From Chrysemys picta bellii (taxonomy: Eukaryota), in assembly GCF_011386835.1 (NCBI RefSeq), contig NC_088815.1:14942001-15006000 (forward strand): a stretch of DNA of 64,000 nt, written 5' to 3'. The position numbers were made by a program, and so were the translations under genes. This document shows positions 11,001 through 23,500 of the stretch, piece by piece. Within the stretch, counting starts at the first letter, position 1, and every line of letters begins with the position of its first letter. Below the pieces are notes generated by a model that was not told the DNA's origin, searched no databases, and saw nothing but the letters and a program-made list of their open reading frames with translations.

Positions 11001-14000
11001 ATAACTTGCATTTCACATTTTCATAGTAGTCTTCAAATATAACTAGTCTTCACAACACCCTTTTGATGCATATAAGTAATTCTCATTTTGTATGAGAGTT
11101 AATTTGCCCAGACTACGTAGGTGGTCAGCGACAGATCCACAATTAGATTTTGCAGGGTCGTGGCTCCAGCCCCATGCTCAGTCCCTTAATCCACACTGCT
11201 TCTCATAATGACACTGTTCCAGACCTAAGAGATCGATCCTTGAAGTTTTTCCTGATTTTTTTTTTAAGCCTTAATTTTCCCTTTCTTAATTTCTACTTGC
11301 ATCTTTTTTGCTAATATTTTAAAAGATAGGAAAATGTAACTGTAAAACCACAAATATTGAAAGGCAGACAAAGAGGTAAATATAGTAGCTGAAGCTACTT
11401 TTGACTTAAGTTTCAAGTTGGACTAGATTCCTCTAAATAAAATGACTTCACACCAATCCCTGCAGTATCCCAGTAGACGCTTCTCACAAATTTATTACAT
11501 TGCTGTTTGTCATGGCCCTTTGTTTATGGTTATTCATAGAGCCCTGCCTGGATAAATCTGCATCCGATCCGCAATACACAAAAATGGTTCATGGCTATAA
11601 AGTGGATAACCGCAGATTTGCAGGGCTCTAGTTATTCAGCCAAATACTAGTTCATGAGACACTTCCTATCCAAGCAAACTTGAAATAATTTTGAGTGAGA
11701 TTCTGAGATGTTTTCTATCCAATTATGTGCTAAAATTTGATTATGTTGCAAACAATAGCTTTTCTGTTAATATAAAAAGTTATCTTATTAGTTCTCAAAA
11801 ATTTGTTCTTTACAATGCCAATTGCTGTTGATTTCATCATCATGGATGTGTTGTGAGACTTTCCTCAATATTTGCTCCGGTATTTGACTGGGAATTGAAA
11901 CTAGACTTACAGCTAGTAATTGTCATGCTATAAAACTAGTATAATTAATATGATCCTGGCATGTATCTCCCAACCCGACATTCTTTAATTATTGCATGAT
12001 CACTTCCCCCTTTTATTATGCTGATTACATCTAAAATGTCAGTCTACCGAGAATGGGCCTGTGTAGTGTGTTAACAATAGCCGGCTTACTCCTGGAATAT
12101 TGCTATAAAAATGGTTGGACATCTTTACATCCTGTTGACAAGAATAATACAATGACCATGTTTTTTTGTTGTTACAGTTCCACAGCGAGCTGATCGGAGA
12201 GTTGTAGAGACGATTGAAAAGCTAGTGAACAGTATTGTTACAGGTACTTTGTCAGCAAAAGAGAGAACTGCTCAAAAAAGCTGCCCTGAATATTGGTAGG
12301 TATTTTGGTGAAGTTAATTCCAAATATACAGTAGAACCTCAGAGTTATGAACACCTCGGGAATGGAGGTTGTTTGTAACTCTGAAATGTTCGTAATCCTG
12401 AACAAAACATTGTGGTGCTGCTTGCAAAAGTTTACTACTGAACATTGACTTAGTAAAGTTTCAAAGCTGTATTATGCAGAAGAAAAATGCTGCTTTCCCC
12501 CTTTTTTTATTAGTTTACATTTAACACAGTATTGTACTGTATTTGGTGGTGGTTTTTCTTTGTCCCTGCTGCTTCCTGATTGTGTACTTCCGGTTCCAAA
12601 TGATGTATGGTGTACCAGTCAGTTTGTAACTCTGGTGTTTGTAACTCTGAGGTTCTACCGTAGCATAATACTTCTTTGCCCTATTTAGTGTCTGATCCTG
12701 CTCCATTGAAGTCAGTGGCAACTTTGCCATTGATTTCAATGGACTTAAAATCAAGTCCATAGTGGATATTTCATGTTAAATATGTTATGTTAAAATTAAC
12801 CTTTTTAACATACTTGGAAAGTAAGTGATATCTGCCCAGGAGTCCTAATTCTTAATCACCTGCTTTGTCTAACAGACTAGACTCCTTTTGATCTATCAAT
12901 CCACATGCAGGAGGGCAAAAACAATTTGAGTAGAAAGCCATAAGATATTTAGGTATAATGAATGTATGTTTGTATTAATTATGTATTTAGTCCCATGCTC
13001 AATGTTTGAAAACAGAACTTGAGACACATAATTGCATAAGCATGGTATAGTCTTAATTTTTTTCAAGTAAATCTCATTTTGTTCTAACAGCAATTTGGGC
13101 GTGACATTTAAGTTGCAACTTGCATTAAACTGAGATTGAAAAGTTTTGTAATGCTCTATTAAAGCTTGTTAGTCCAGGTTAAAATCCTGTTATATGAAGT
13201 TGATTTAATTTCAGTAATTTAACATGAATATTGCTTTTGAAGATGAAGAGGGCTGAGGCCCTGATTCAGCATTGACCTCTATGTAAGCAGATCCTTGTGC
13301 CCCCACATGTGTCCCCATGGCTCCAGACAGGCACAGGGATGTGCTTGCGGGGAGCTCACTGCAGGGTTAGGGTCTAAATTACAGAAGGTTAGAAAAGACC
13401 TGAATTTAAATCCTGGTTTAGGTTTCATATGAGCAAAAATGAACTTGAATCATCCGAAGAAGTGAGGTTTTTACTCACGAAAGCTTATGCCCAAATAAAT
13501 CTGTTAGTCTTTAAGGTGCCACCAGACTCCTTGTTGTTTTTGTAGATACAGACTAACACGGCTACCCCCTGATACTTGACTCCAATCCAGTCAGTTTGTC
13601 CAGATCTTTAACAATGCCATTTTATTTTAAAGCGACACTGTCTAGTTGAAGGGTGTTCGAGAATTGGCTTCTGTAGTCACAAATTACAGCTAGAGAAAAT
13701 TATTTTTCTAAACTTTTCCAGTTCGTTCGCTTTGCAGTTTGGACAGCACTTCGGCACTGATTCTAGAAGTTACTTAAAACATATGGTTAACTTTAAGCAT
13801 GTGAATAGCCCTAATGTCAATGGGACTACTCATGCTTAAGTACTTTCCTAAATCCAGGAAGTATAGTTTGTGTATCGTTAATTAACTGTTGCTTCTGTAC
13901 AGGCATTCCGTTTCTTTTCTTGCTGAAAAGACCTTTTATAAACATCGTGTGAAGTAGAAGAAAACTTTTTTTTTAATCCGAGACATACTCTTTAAAGAGC

Positions 14001-17000
14001 ATTCTTTCTTAAAATGGAATTATTTTAAATTAGTCAACTTTGAAAAAATTAATAAATCAAGTTAGAATCCTAGAATATCAGGGTTGGAAGGGTGATAGCG
14101 CCCCTTTGAATATGATCCCCACAGTATAGCTGTTTCATTACTGGCAACTTGAGCTCTATCTTAAAGCAATCTGTGATTTTGCAGCTTGACACAACTTATC
14201 TTTGCTTACTGCTTAGGAAATGGAACTACTGCTTATCGGAGGAAAACCCATACCTGTAGGTTGTTTTTACCAGGATAGGGCATCCTATATACTATCAACT
14301 ACCATGATGTTCTTGAAATATCGAAGGTTGCTTTCAGTATATGTTTTCATTACACATGCTGCATGCATTTTTCTTTTCTAATGTAGGTTCTTGTCTGAGG
14401 AGGATAGTCTAGAATACAAATATTACAGACTGAAGTTATCAGAGATGCAAAGATTGACATCATCTACAAAGGAGGGAGGCAGAGAGGGGAAAACACCAGA
14501 AGAATCTGCAACCGAATCAGTGAGGGCAATGTTGTATGCGAGGAAAGTAGCAAGTATCAAGAAAAGGCTCTTTAAAAGAAAAAGACTTGGAATTTTTACA
14601 CAACATGGAGTTAGAGGCAGGAAAGTGAGAAAATCAACTATAGGGACACAGACTGTGCTTTCAGCTGGTACGATGCTGAAACGTCAAGACAAGCTCACCC
14701 AAGGTTCGGTTCAGTCAAAATCTTCCATATCAGAAATCAGCATGTCTGAGAAGAACTCATCATTGGACACAGCTGGATCCTCACAGCATGCCACCAGTCC
14801 AGAAGTTTCTCTGTCACTGGAAGAAGTGGCAGACACTGAGGATTTATTGGCATCCACTGGACAGTCCCAATCACTGTTGTCTCAATTTCCTGATGGTAGG
14901 TGAAGGTCTGAAATTAGATCTTAATTATTAGCTCTAGTAGTATGAGCAAGGCATTAGTTCAGATGTCAGTAAAATACTCTACTTGGTATAATTATTTACC
15001 ATGTCATAGTGTCTTGAGAGTTCAGTTACTTTAGATCCCATTGTTCTAGGCACTGTACAAACACACTGTTTTCTTACTTGCAGTGGATGCTAAAACAATG
15101 GAAACTGCTGAGAAGCTGGCCAAGTTTGTTGCTCAGGTCGGACCAGAAATTGAGCAGTTCAGCATAGATAATAGTGCAGATAACCCAGATCTTTGGTGAG
15201 TAACCTATATATCCATATGTGTAAATAGTCTAATAAGAGAAATTACAACACCAAGCTTTTAATATAGCATTACTGTTTGACATATAGATCTGTCTTTTGG
15301 CTATTGGTAGCATTAAATTACATAGATTTTTGTTTATCACTGTCTTTTGGTCCTTAAAGAAGATATAAATTGTAATGTTTAAATATTTTTAGGAATGTAG
15401 GATTTGGATTTGTTTTACCGAGTCAGATTATTTATCCATCTTGTTTAACTCAGCGATTCTCAAACTGGGGTCCGTGAGTCATGTCCAGGGCCACCAGTCC
15501 CGCTGATCAACTCCTCCTCCTCCCTCCTAGCACCTCCTGCACGCTGCTGAACAGCTGTTCCATGGCATGCAGGAGGTACTAGGGGGGAGGAGGGAGAAGC
15601 GTGCACAGGGCGCGCTCGGGGGTGGAGGTGGGGAGTGGATTGGGGGCTGGGGCTGAGTGGGAGTTGAGCAGCCCCGGGGAAAACTAGAAGCGGTCTTGGA
15701 GGTCCACAAAACATTTGAAATCAAAATAGGGGTCCTCGGGTTGCTAAAGTTTGAGAGCCGCTGATTTAACTTATTGACCACTAATGGAGACAATATCTGA
15801 AGCTTGAGAGGAGGCCAAAATCTCTCCAGAATGCACAGTTGTCGTGATAGATGGGAGATGTAATTTTTTTACATCCACAGCCAGTCATCCTGCACCCCAA
15901 AGCAATTCTTTGAGGGTGTCAACAAACATGGACAAGAGTGATCTAGTGGATACAGTGTGCTTGGACTTTCAGAAAGCCTTTGACAAGGACCCTCATCAAA
16001 GGCTCTTAAGCAAAGTAGTCAGTCAGCGGATAAGAGGGAAGTTCCTCTCACGGATCAGTAACTGGCTAAAGGGTAGGAAACAAAGGGTAGGAATGAATGG
16101 TCAGCATTCCCAGTGGAGAAAGGTAAATAGTGGGGTCCACCAAAGTTCTGTACTTGGGCTTATACTGTTCAACATATTCATAAATGTTCTGGAAAAAGGG
16201 GTAAATGGTGAGGTGGCATTGTTTGTAGATGATACAGAATTAATCAAGATAGTTAAGTCCAAAGCTCAGAGAGGTAGCCGTGTTAGTCTGGATCTGTAAA
16301 AAGCAACAAAGAATCCTGTGGCACCTTATAAACTAACAAATGTATTGGAACATAAGCTTTCGTGGGTGAATACCCACTTCGTCAGACGCATGTAATGGAA
16401 ATTTCCAGAGGCAGGTATAAATATGCAGGAAGAATCAGTCTAGAGATAACGAGGTTAGTTCAATCAGGGAGGGTGAGGTCCTCTGCTAGCAGGAGGAGAA
16501 ACTGCTTTTGTAGTTGGCTAGCCATTCACAGTCTTTGTTTAATCCTGAGCTGATGGTGTCAAATTTGCAAATGAACTGAAGCTCAGCAGTTTCTCTTTGA
16601 AGTCTGGTCCTGAAGTTTTTTTGCTGTAGGATGGCTACCTTTAAATCTGCTATTGTGTGTCCAGGGAGGTTGATGTGAACCTGTGGGTATTCACCCACGA
16701 AAGCTTATGCTCCAATACATTTGTTAGTCTATAAGGTGCCACGGGACTCTTTGTTGCTTTTTACAAGTCCAAAGCTGACTGTGAAGAGTTACCAAGGGAT
16801 CTCACAAAACTGGGTGATTGGGCAACAAAATGGCAGATGAAATTCAGTGTTGATAAATGCAAAGTAATGCACATTGGAAAACATTATCCCAACTATACAT
16901 ACAAAATGATTGGTTCTAAGTTAGCTATTAGCACTCAAAAAGTGATATTGGAGTAATTGTGGATAGTTGTCTGAAAACATTTGCTCAGTGTACAGTGGCA

Positions 17001-17499
17001 GTCCAAAAAGCTAGCAGAATGGTAGGAACCATTAGGAAAGGGATTGATAATAAGATGATAAATATCATAATGCTGCTATATAAATCCCTGGCATGCCCAC
17101 ACTTTGAATACTGCTTGCAGCTCTGGTCAACCCATCTCAAAAAAGATATATTAGAATTGGAAAAGATACAAAAGAGGACAACAAAAATGATCAGGGTATG
17201 GAACAGCTTCCGTAGGAGGAGAGATTAAAAAGAGTGGGACTGTTCAGCTTGTAAAAGAGATGACCAGGGTGGATATGACAGAGGTCTATAAGATCATGAA
17301 TGATGTGGAGAAAGTGAATAAGTATCCTTCACCCTTTCACGTAACACAAGAACCGGTGGGGGGGGAGGGTCACCCAATGAAATTAATAGGCAATAGTTTT
17401 AAAACAAACATACGGTAGTACTTCTTCACACAATGCACAGTCAACCTGTGGAACTCATTACCGTGGGATATTGTGATGGCCAAAAGTATAACAGGACTC

Positions 17500-17530
<31 letters not shown>

Positions 17531-20500
17531 CATGGAGGTTAGGTCCATCAATGGCTATTAGCCAAGATGGTCAGAGATGCAGCTCCATGCTTTGGGTCCC
17601 TAAACCTCAGACTGACAGAAGCTGGGACTAAACGACAGGATGGATTGCTTGATAAATTGCCCTGTTCTGTTCAGTTCCTCTGAAGCATCTGGCACGGGAA
17701 GACAGGATACGGGGCTAGATGGACCATTGTTCTGACCAATTATGGCCATTCTTATGTTCTGAACTCTTTTTAGGACTTTAAACACAATGGGTTAAATCTT
17801 CTGATGGTGTAAATTGGCACGGCTCTACTGCTTTCTATGGGCTGTGCCAGTTTGTGCCAAATCTTTTGTTGGTGTAATGCCATTTGTGTTTGTCTAATTG
17901 GACCAAGAGACATTTTTTTACATGTGGTTGGGAGTTCCTATAGTATTTCATAATAGTACAAAAGTACCAGTGTAATGACTACATCTAATCTTTTTTTACT
18001 AAATCCATTTTTAATATCTAACTTTATGGTAACTCATAGGAATTTTCTTTTAGTTGTTGAATTTAAATGCTTTTCAATGCAATTTGTTTCTGCAATGCTT
18101 CCAGGTTTCTGCAAGACCAAAACAGTTCTGCTTTCAAATTTTATCGAATGAAAGTCTATGAATTGTGCCCATCTATCAACTTTAGTGCTGTTTCAGAAAT
18201 AGCTGCATCTGGGGAAAGTGATAAACCTGAAGAAAGAAATTTGGATAATTTAGAAGAGGAGGAGGAGGAAGAAGAGGAGGAGGAGGACAATGAGGAGGAG
18301 GAGGAAGAAGCTGAACTTGAGAATATCTCCCAGACCTTGGAAGAAGTGGAAATGGAGCATGCAGAGGAGGGGGAAGAAGAGGTCTCAGCAGGTGGTGCTG
18401 AGGCGATCGCATCCAAAGAGATGCTGTCCAAAACAGGAGAAGAAACTTCAACAGGTGAAATGCAGCCAAGCTCAGCTTCTGATAGTACTACACCAAATCT
18501 GTCAACACAGGTGCCAGCTTCTGCTCCTGGTACCCCTTTCCCTCGCAAAAGAATCAGCAGCAAATCTCTGAAAGTTGGCATGATTCCTGCATCTAAGAGG
18601 GTCTGCCTCATAGAGGAACCAAAAGGTAAGTATCATTTCAAGGATGTTTTCTGGCCCTCGGCAAGAGTCCTTGAATTCCTATATATTTGTAGTTCTTGGT
18701 TTAATAAAGTGAATTAAAAAAATATGCACTTCAGATGTCTGTTTACTAGTAGCCATTGGCACATCCCAGTGAACAGGTGGATAGTCATTGCATTCTGGTG
18801 CAATAGTAAAACTTGCTTCTAACTTGTGTGTGTTGTAAGGTTGACTCAACAATGCTTGTATTCAGTGAGCATATGTAGCTATTGCATACCCACACACCTC
18901 TCTGCTGTTGATTAAACAAAGTGATAAAAAGGTGGGTTGGGAGGGATTTCCATCACTTGTTTCTAGTTTTGAGCAATGTCTCAAATCTGGCAATGACCGT
19001 ATTTAGAAAGTCAGATTAATACTTTCACGTTGTAAAATGTTCATAACAGTTAATCAGGAAGTATTTTGGTTTGATATTTGTATCTCAAAAGTTAAGTGGA
19101 ATTTGTCAAGTAGTTTGACGGTATGGCCATGTTATCTCTTTTGTGTTCTAAAAGAACACATTCTAACAGTTGAGTGATACTTATGTTGAAAACTGACTAC
19201 TGCACATGTTCACTAACTACTTTCATGAGTGTCTTACCACACATAAATAAAAATGGTCTATGAATAGATGACTCCATATGTGCTGTGGGAACAAGACACA
19301 ATGAACTGATTTATGTGCCAGTCTTAACTTGGCTTTCCACCAAAACATTTTCAAAGTCAGTGGAGCTGAAACAGATATGAAGTCCTTGGACTATTGACAA
19401 TCTCCCCAAAAAGTAAAGGTACAAAGAGTAGTTAGGTGCCTGATTCCCATTGGAGTTAATTGCCTAGCCCCCACTTGTGCTTTGAAAATCTTTGTTTTTT
19501 GTGCACTCTAACCTTAATGCCCTTGGTAGTAGTAGTATTAGATTAAGGCATTAAATGGGAGTCATGCATATGAAGATGTATTTTGCTAGTTCCATATTAA
19601 AATTGGTCATCTTTGTGATTGACTTTTGTCTTTGCTTTAATTCTCAGTTCATGAACCTGTCAGAATTGCTTATGACAGACCCCGAGGCCGCCCAGTTACA
19701 AAGAAGAAGAAGGTGAGGAAACTCTGTGTGTAATTTCACTCTATCTTGTGAAAACAGTTCTGTAAATGTCTGCCATTGATTTCATGGCAATCTGAACCTT
19801 AGGCCTGGATCCTGCAAGGAACAGTGCACTGTTTGAGAGTAGCCAACTTCCCTCCACTCCCAGGGCAGACAGTGGAAGGTGACAAAGCTCAACACCCCCA
19901 CAGGTTAGGGCCCTTATTGAAGAATTAAATCATTTGTTAATCTGGTAGCTTTCTCTTACCTCTTAGAATAATTTTGTAAGGATGATATAAATGTGTTCAA
20001 TTGGAGTTTTTGTAATAGTGAGTGGGTTAATGTTTCAAATTTTTCATCCTGCTTTTGTTATCAGAAAACAACTATTAAAAAAGAAAATAGTGTGCTCTAA
20101 CGCTTTCCTATTTTTGATAGTGTGATTAAACAAACCAATGACACAAAATAAAGGTAGTTTGTCAGGTACATTAGTGTAGTACTCTGTAAATTGGCTACAC
20201 AAACAGTTACTCTTCAGAAGACATTTTCCATCCAGATGAAGAAACCTGTCACTTAAACATATACTTTTAAATCTGTTTCTGTACATTCAGGAACTTGGAC
20301 ACACTCAATTTGCAGAAGGTTTCTGGTGAAGAGATCAAACTGGTGGCTGCTTTCTGTACCAAAAACTCTCCCCCTGCTTTCTCTCTCTGCAGAAACCAAA
20401 AGACTTAGACTTTTTACACAAGAAATTAACAGTTAAGAATGTGGGTTTCCAGATGCTTCAGAAGATGGGCTGGCAAGAAGGACGTGGTCTTGGTTCACAA

Positions 20501-23500
20501 GGAAAAGGAATCAAAGAGCCTGTGAAAGTGTATGTAATGGGAACAAACTGCAGAAATATTAGACATATTTGGAAAATGCTTCTAGTAGCAATTGTGGATC
20601 CCTGTCCTGATGGGATCGGTCCTATGTCTTATTCCCACTCTTGGTCTGCTCCTTGGGCTGGTCAGAGTTGAGACTGGAGGCCTTGTGTCTCTACGAATCA
20701 GATTGGGTGGAAGTTGGTGTTCTAAGGGGAGGCTGTTTCCTGCCATCTGAATGGACATTGCTGAAGGCTGGGAGGAAATGCTTCCTGAGGCTCTTTATTG
20801 ACACCACCTAAACTCTGGCAAGCACCCTGCTGTGTGTGGAAGCCTTGTAATAACATAGGGGTGCTCCGTTAGAAGGAAAACACATAGATTTGACCTTGCA
20901 AGCTCTTTGCATGCAGAATTCCAATTGGTGCCTGGATATTGCCGTGATGTGTGCATTGTAATATATAAATAGACTTCATAGGAGTTCCACACACAGTACT
21001 TATGTGTTAAGGTAATACACCATCTCCACTGTAAACATAAGATTCTTTCCACTGCATTCTGCAAAGAGGTAAGTGCATCTCCTAGAAGGTAAGCATGCTT
21101 TTCTCTTGAAATGCATACATTATTATTTTACAGTCTTTTCTAACTTTTAAGGATGTCTTCTCCAATGTCCTCTTCCAGCCCAGATAGTAGGTTATAGTTC
21201 TTCCAAGCTGCAAATAGAAACACAGAGCACAAAAAAATGGTGATTTCACTCCACCAACTACATGGGAAAAACTCTAGCTGACTGAAGTACCTTGTTGGTT
21301 TACTGTTTCTTTTCTTAGGGAAAATTTTCCCCATCTTTCTCCAACAGAATTAGTTAATTTAGTTGGATGTCTTTTAGCCAAGTGTGTGTTTCTTTGTACT
21401 TCTGGGACACCCTGTGGTTAGGTGGCCTACCACCCTTAGTCTCCCACCTCCTTCCTTCAGATGGGAATGCCCTATGGGAAAGCACCCCATCTGGTCTATA
21501 GCTTTCTACTCTCTGCCAAGATACTGGATCCTTAGCTTCCAGAACTCCTCATCCCAACACACTTGCAGTTCCTTGGTTTCCCCAGCACGCAATTAATAGC
21601 TGAGTGTTAAAGCCTGTTTGGTCAATCCAGCTGCGAACCTACCAGGTTCTGAAGAAGGTTTAGATCTTCTCTAAAGGGAAGTGTTTTAGATATGAAAATA
21701 TGCTGTTGGTTTTTGTTTTTTCCCCAACTAAAGTTAGCTGCTCTGTCACTTATGGAAAGGCACTTGCCCAGAACAGACAAGTGAGAACTGTTTGTGCATG
21801 TACTCCTTGTACACAGCTCTCAGGAAAATTGTGCTGCTGGTTTTGGTCTAATGTACAGAGGGAGTTGCAGCTATGTCTCTAGGTAACTCCAAAGCACTAG
21901 ATTCTTTAATGGTCTCCAGTGCTCTTTCCTTTCTCTCTGGAGGCAAGTCTCAGGCCCAAATCTGAGATTATCTCAATGTGAGTGAGGCTGTCCTGGGCAA
22001 TTCACCTTTTTGTGTATCACTGTAGTGACCTTAATTGCTGTCCAGTGCAGCTTTTCATTTATTCAAGGTGATCCATGACTCTCCCTTTGGAAATGCTGCA
22101 TGCTTTAGAAACCATCAGCCTTTCTGTGGACAAGTACTAGTTGAGATGTGGTTAGAAGGCCCACAAATTGGGTAATTTTATCTCACCAAAGAGAAATGGA
22201 CAGAAGTAATATGTGTGAAGGTTTAGAGGCAGTCCAATGTAATGTTAGCATAGCCTTTTATTGCTGTGTTACAGCAACAAGAACATTTGCCTCCAGGATT
22301 GATGCACACAGAGATGTCAATCTTCTTGTATGTGGAGATGGAACAGAAGCTTGAGGCCTGCCTATGACAGGGAAAAGCTAATGACTAGTCTTGGAAAGGT
22401 TCAGAATAACATCCCTTTTCTCCTCTTGGGTTTCTCTTCCTTCTTCCATAGCGGAGATAAGAGATGGGGAACATGATGCCTCCTGCTGGAGCCAGTAGTT
22501 ACAGAAAGTTCAGTTATGGGAAGCCCCTGCTGGTCTTGCGTTCCTCTTCCTGTTTCAGAGAAGTGATTTGTGTCAGCTGTGGATCTGGCCAGTCCTGAGA
22601 TTGAACTGAGGGAAGGAAAATGTGAAGGCAGAAGAGCTTTAGATGATCACTCTTCTAACCAGTCTAATCTCTACCTTCTCTGATTAGTCACTTGTACTCT
22701 TGCCCTGAAAGTTATCCAAGAAGGGGGACTCTACAATACTTATCATATCTACAATAAAGTCTTCCTGGTTCACAAATCCATTATTACCTAAGCACCAATG
22801 GTTGGCGCTGTACAAGGCAGAAAATGAAGACAGTCCTTGCCCTGAAGTGCTGACAACCTAAAAGATGAAACAGAAGGAATGCATTGGGAGGTCCAGAGGA
22901 ATGATTAAGCTATGACATGTTACAGACACATTTATTTGTTCTCTGTTGTGCGCATCACAGAAATATCTTTGGGAAGATTTTTAAAGTGGTGACTTGGTGA
23001 ACTAGGATAGGAATGGCATGTTTCTGTGGGGCATGTGGAAAAAGGCACATTATGGACAGTGGCCTATCCCTGCCAGGAAGCCACAGAATTGTTGAATTGG
23101 TTTTATGCTCTTCCTACAGAGAGTTTTCTAACTTGATCTTGCAGCTCCCAAGGCAGATACTAATACTGCAGGGATTGCAAGGAAAAAACATCTTCCCAGG
23201 ACTTGGTTGCAGGCACAAAAGTCCCTGCGGACTGCAAAGGCTCAATCTACTATTAAGAGTGCACAAATATTCCAGGGCTATATGACCATATACTTGGTTT
23301 ATGTGGCCATGGCTATATAGTTACAGAAATTAGATAGTGAGGATGGTTTCTTTCTTGATGCCACTTATGCCACCTGAGTTTCCACTTGTGGCACAGCAAG
23401 CCCAACTACAGCTCACCAGACCCTGTGGTTGTGTTCAGGGCTGATAACTTGCCCTTTAATTATTTTTTCTCCAACATAAAGGAAGGGGGCTTAGTTCCCA

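Larger units (their letters stand above)
15905..17762 (+). mobile_element. CR1 LINE (5'-truncated RT and 3' end), interrupted by a Penelope-like insertion
   Basis: RT peptides LDFQKAFD, WLKGRKQRVG, LFNIFIN.LE (ORF 15844..16299) and LYKSLA.PHFEYC.Q.WS (16959..17228); tail attcttatgttct. Confidence 0.92.

Noticed and set aside
12690-13860. Short palindromic fossils (gatcctg...ttgaagtcaatgg...-type), also near 19800, 33955, 37315 and 54375
   Set aside because: Probably old non-autonomous DNA-transposon remnants, but ends and TSDs could not be defined reliably.
15844-17228. RT-like ORFs as a functional gene
   Set aside because: Fragmented, 5'-truncated CR1 with stops and an insertion; the same applies to 34281-35471.
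22470-22610. Possible C/D snoRNA (ATGATG ... CTGA)
   Set aside because: The box C motif is imperfect (TGATGC) and there is no terminal stem.
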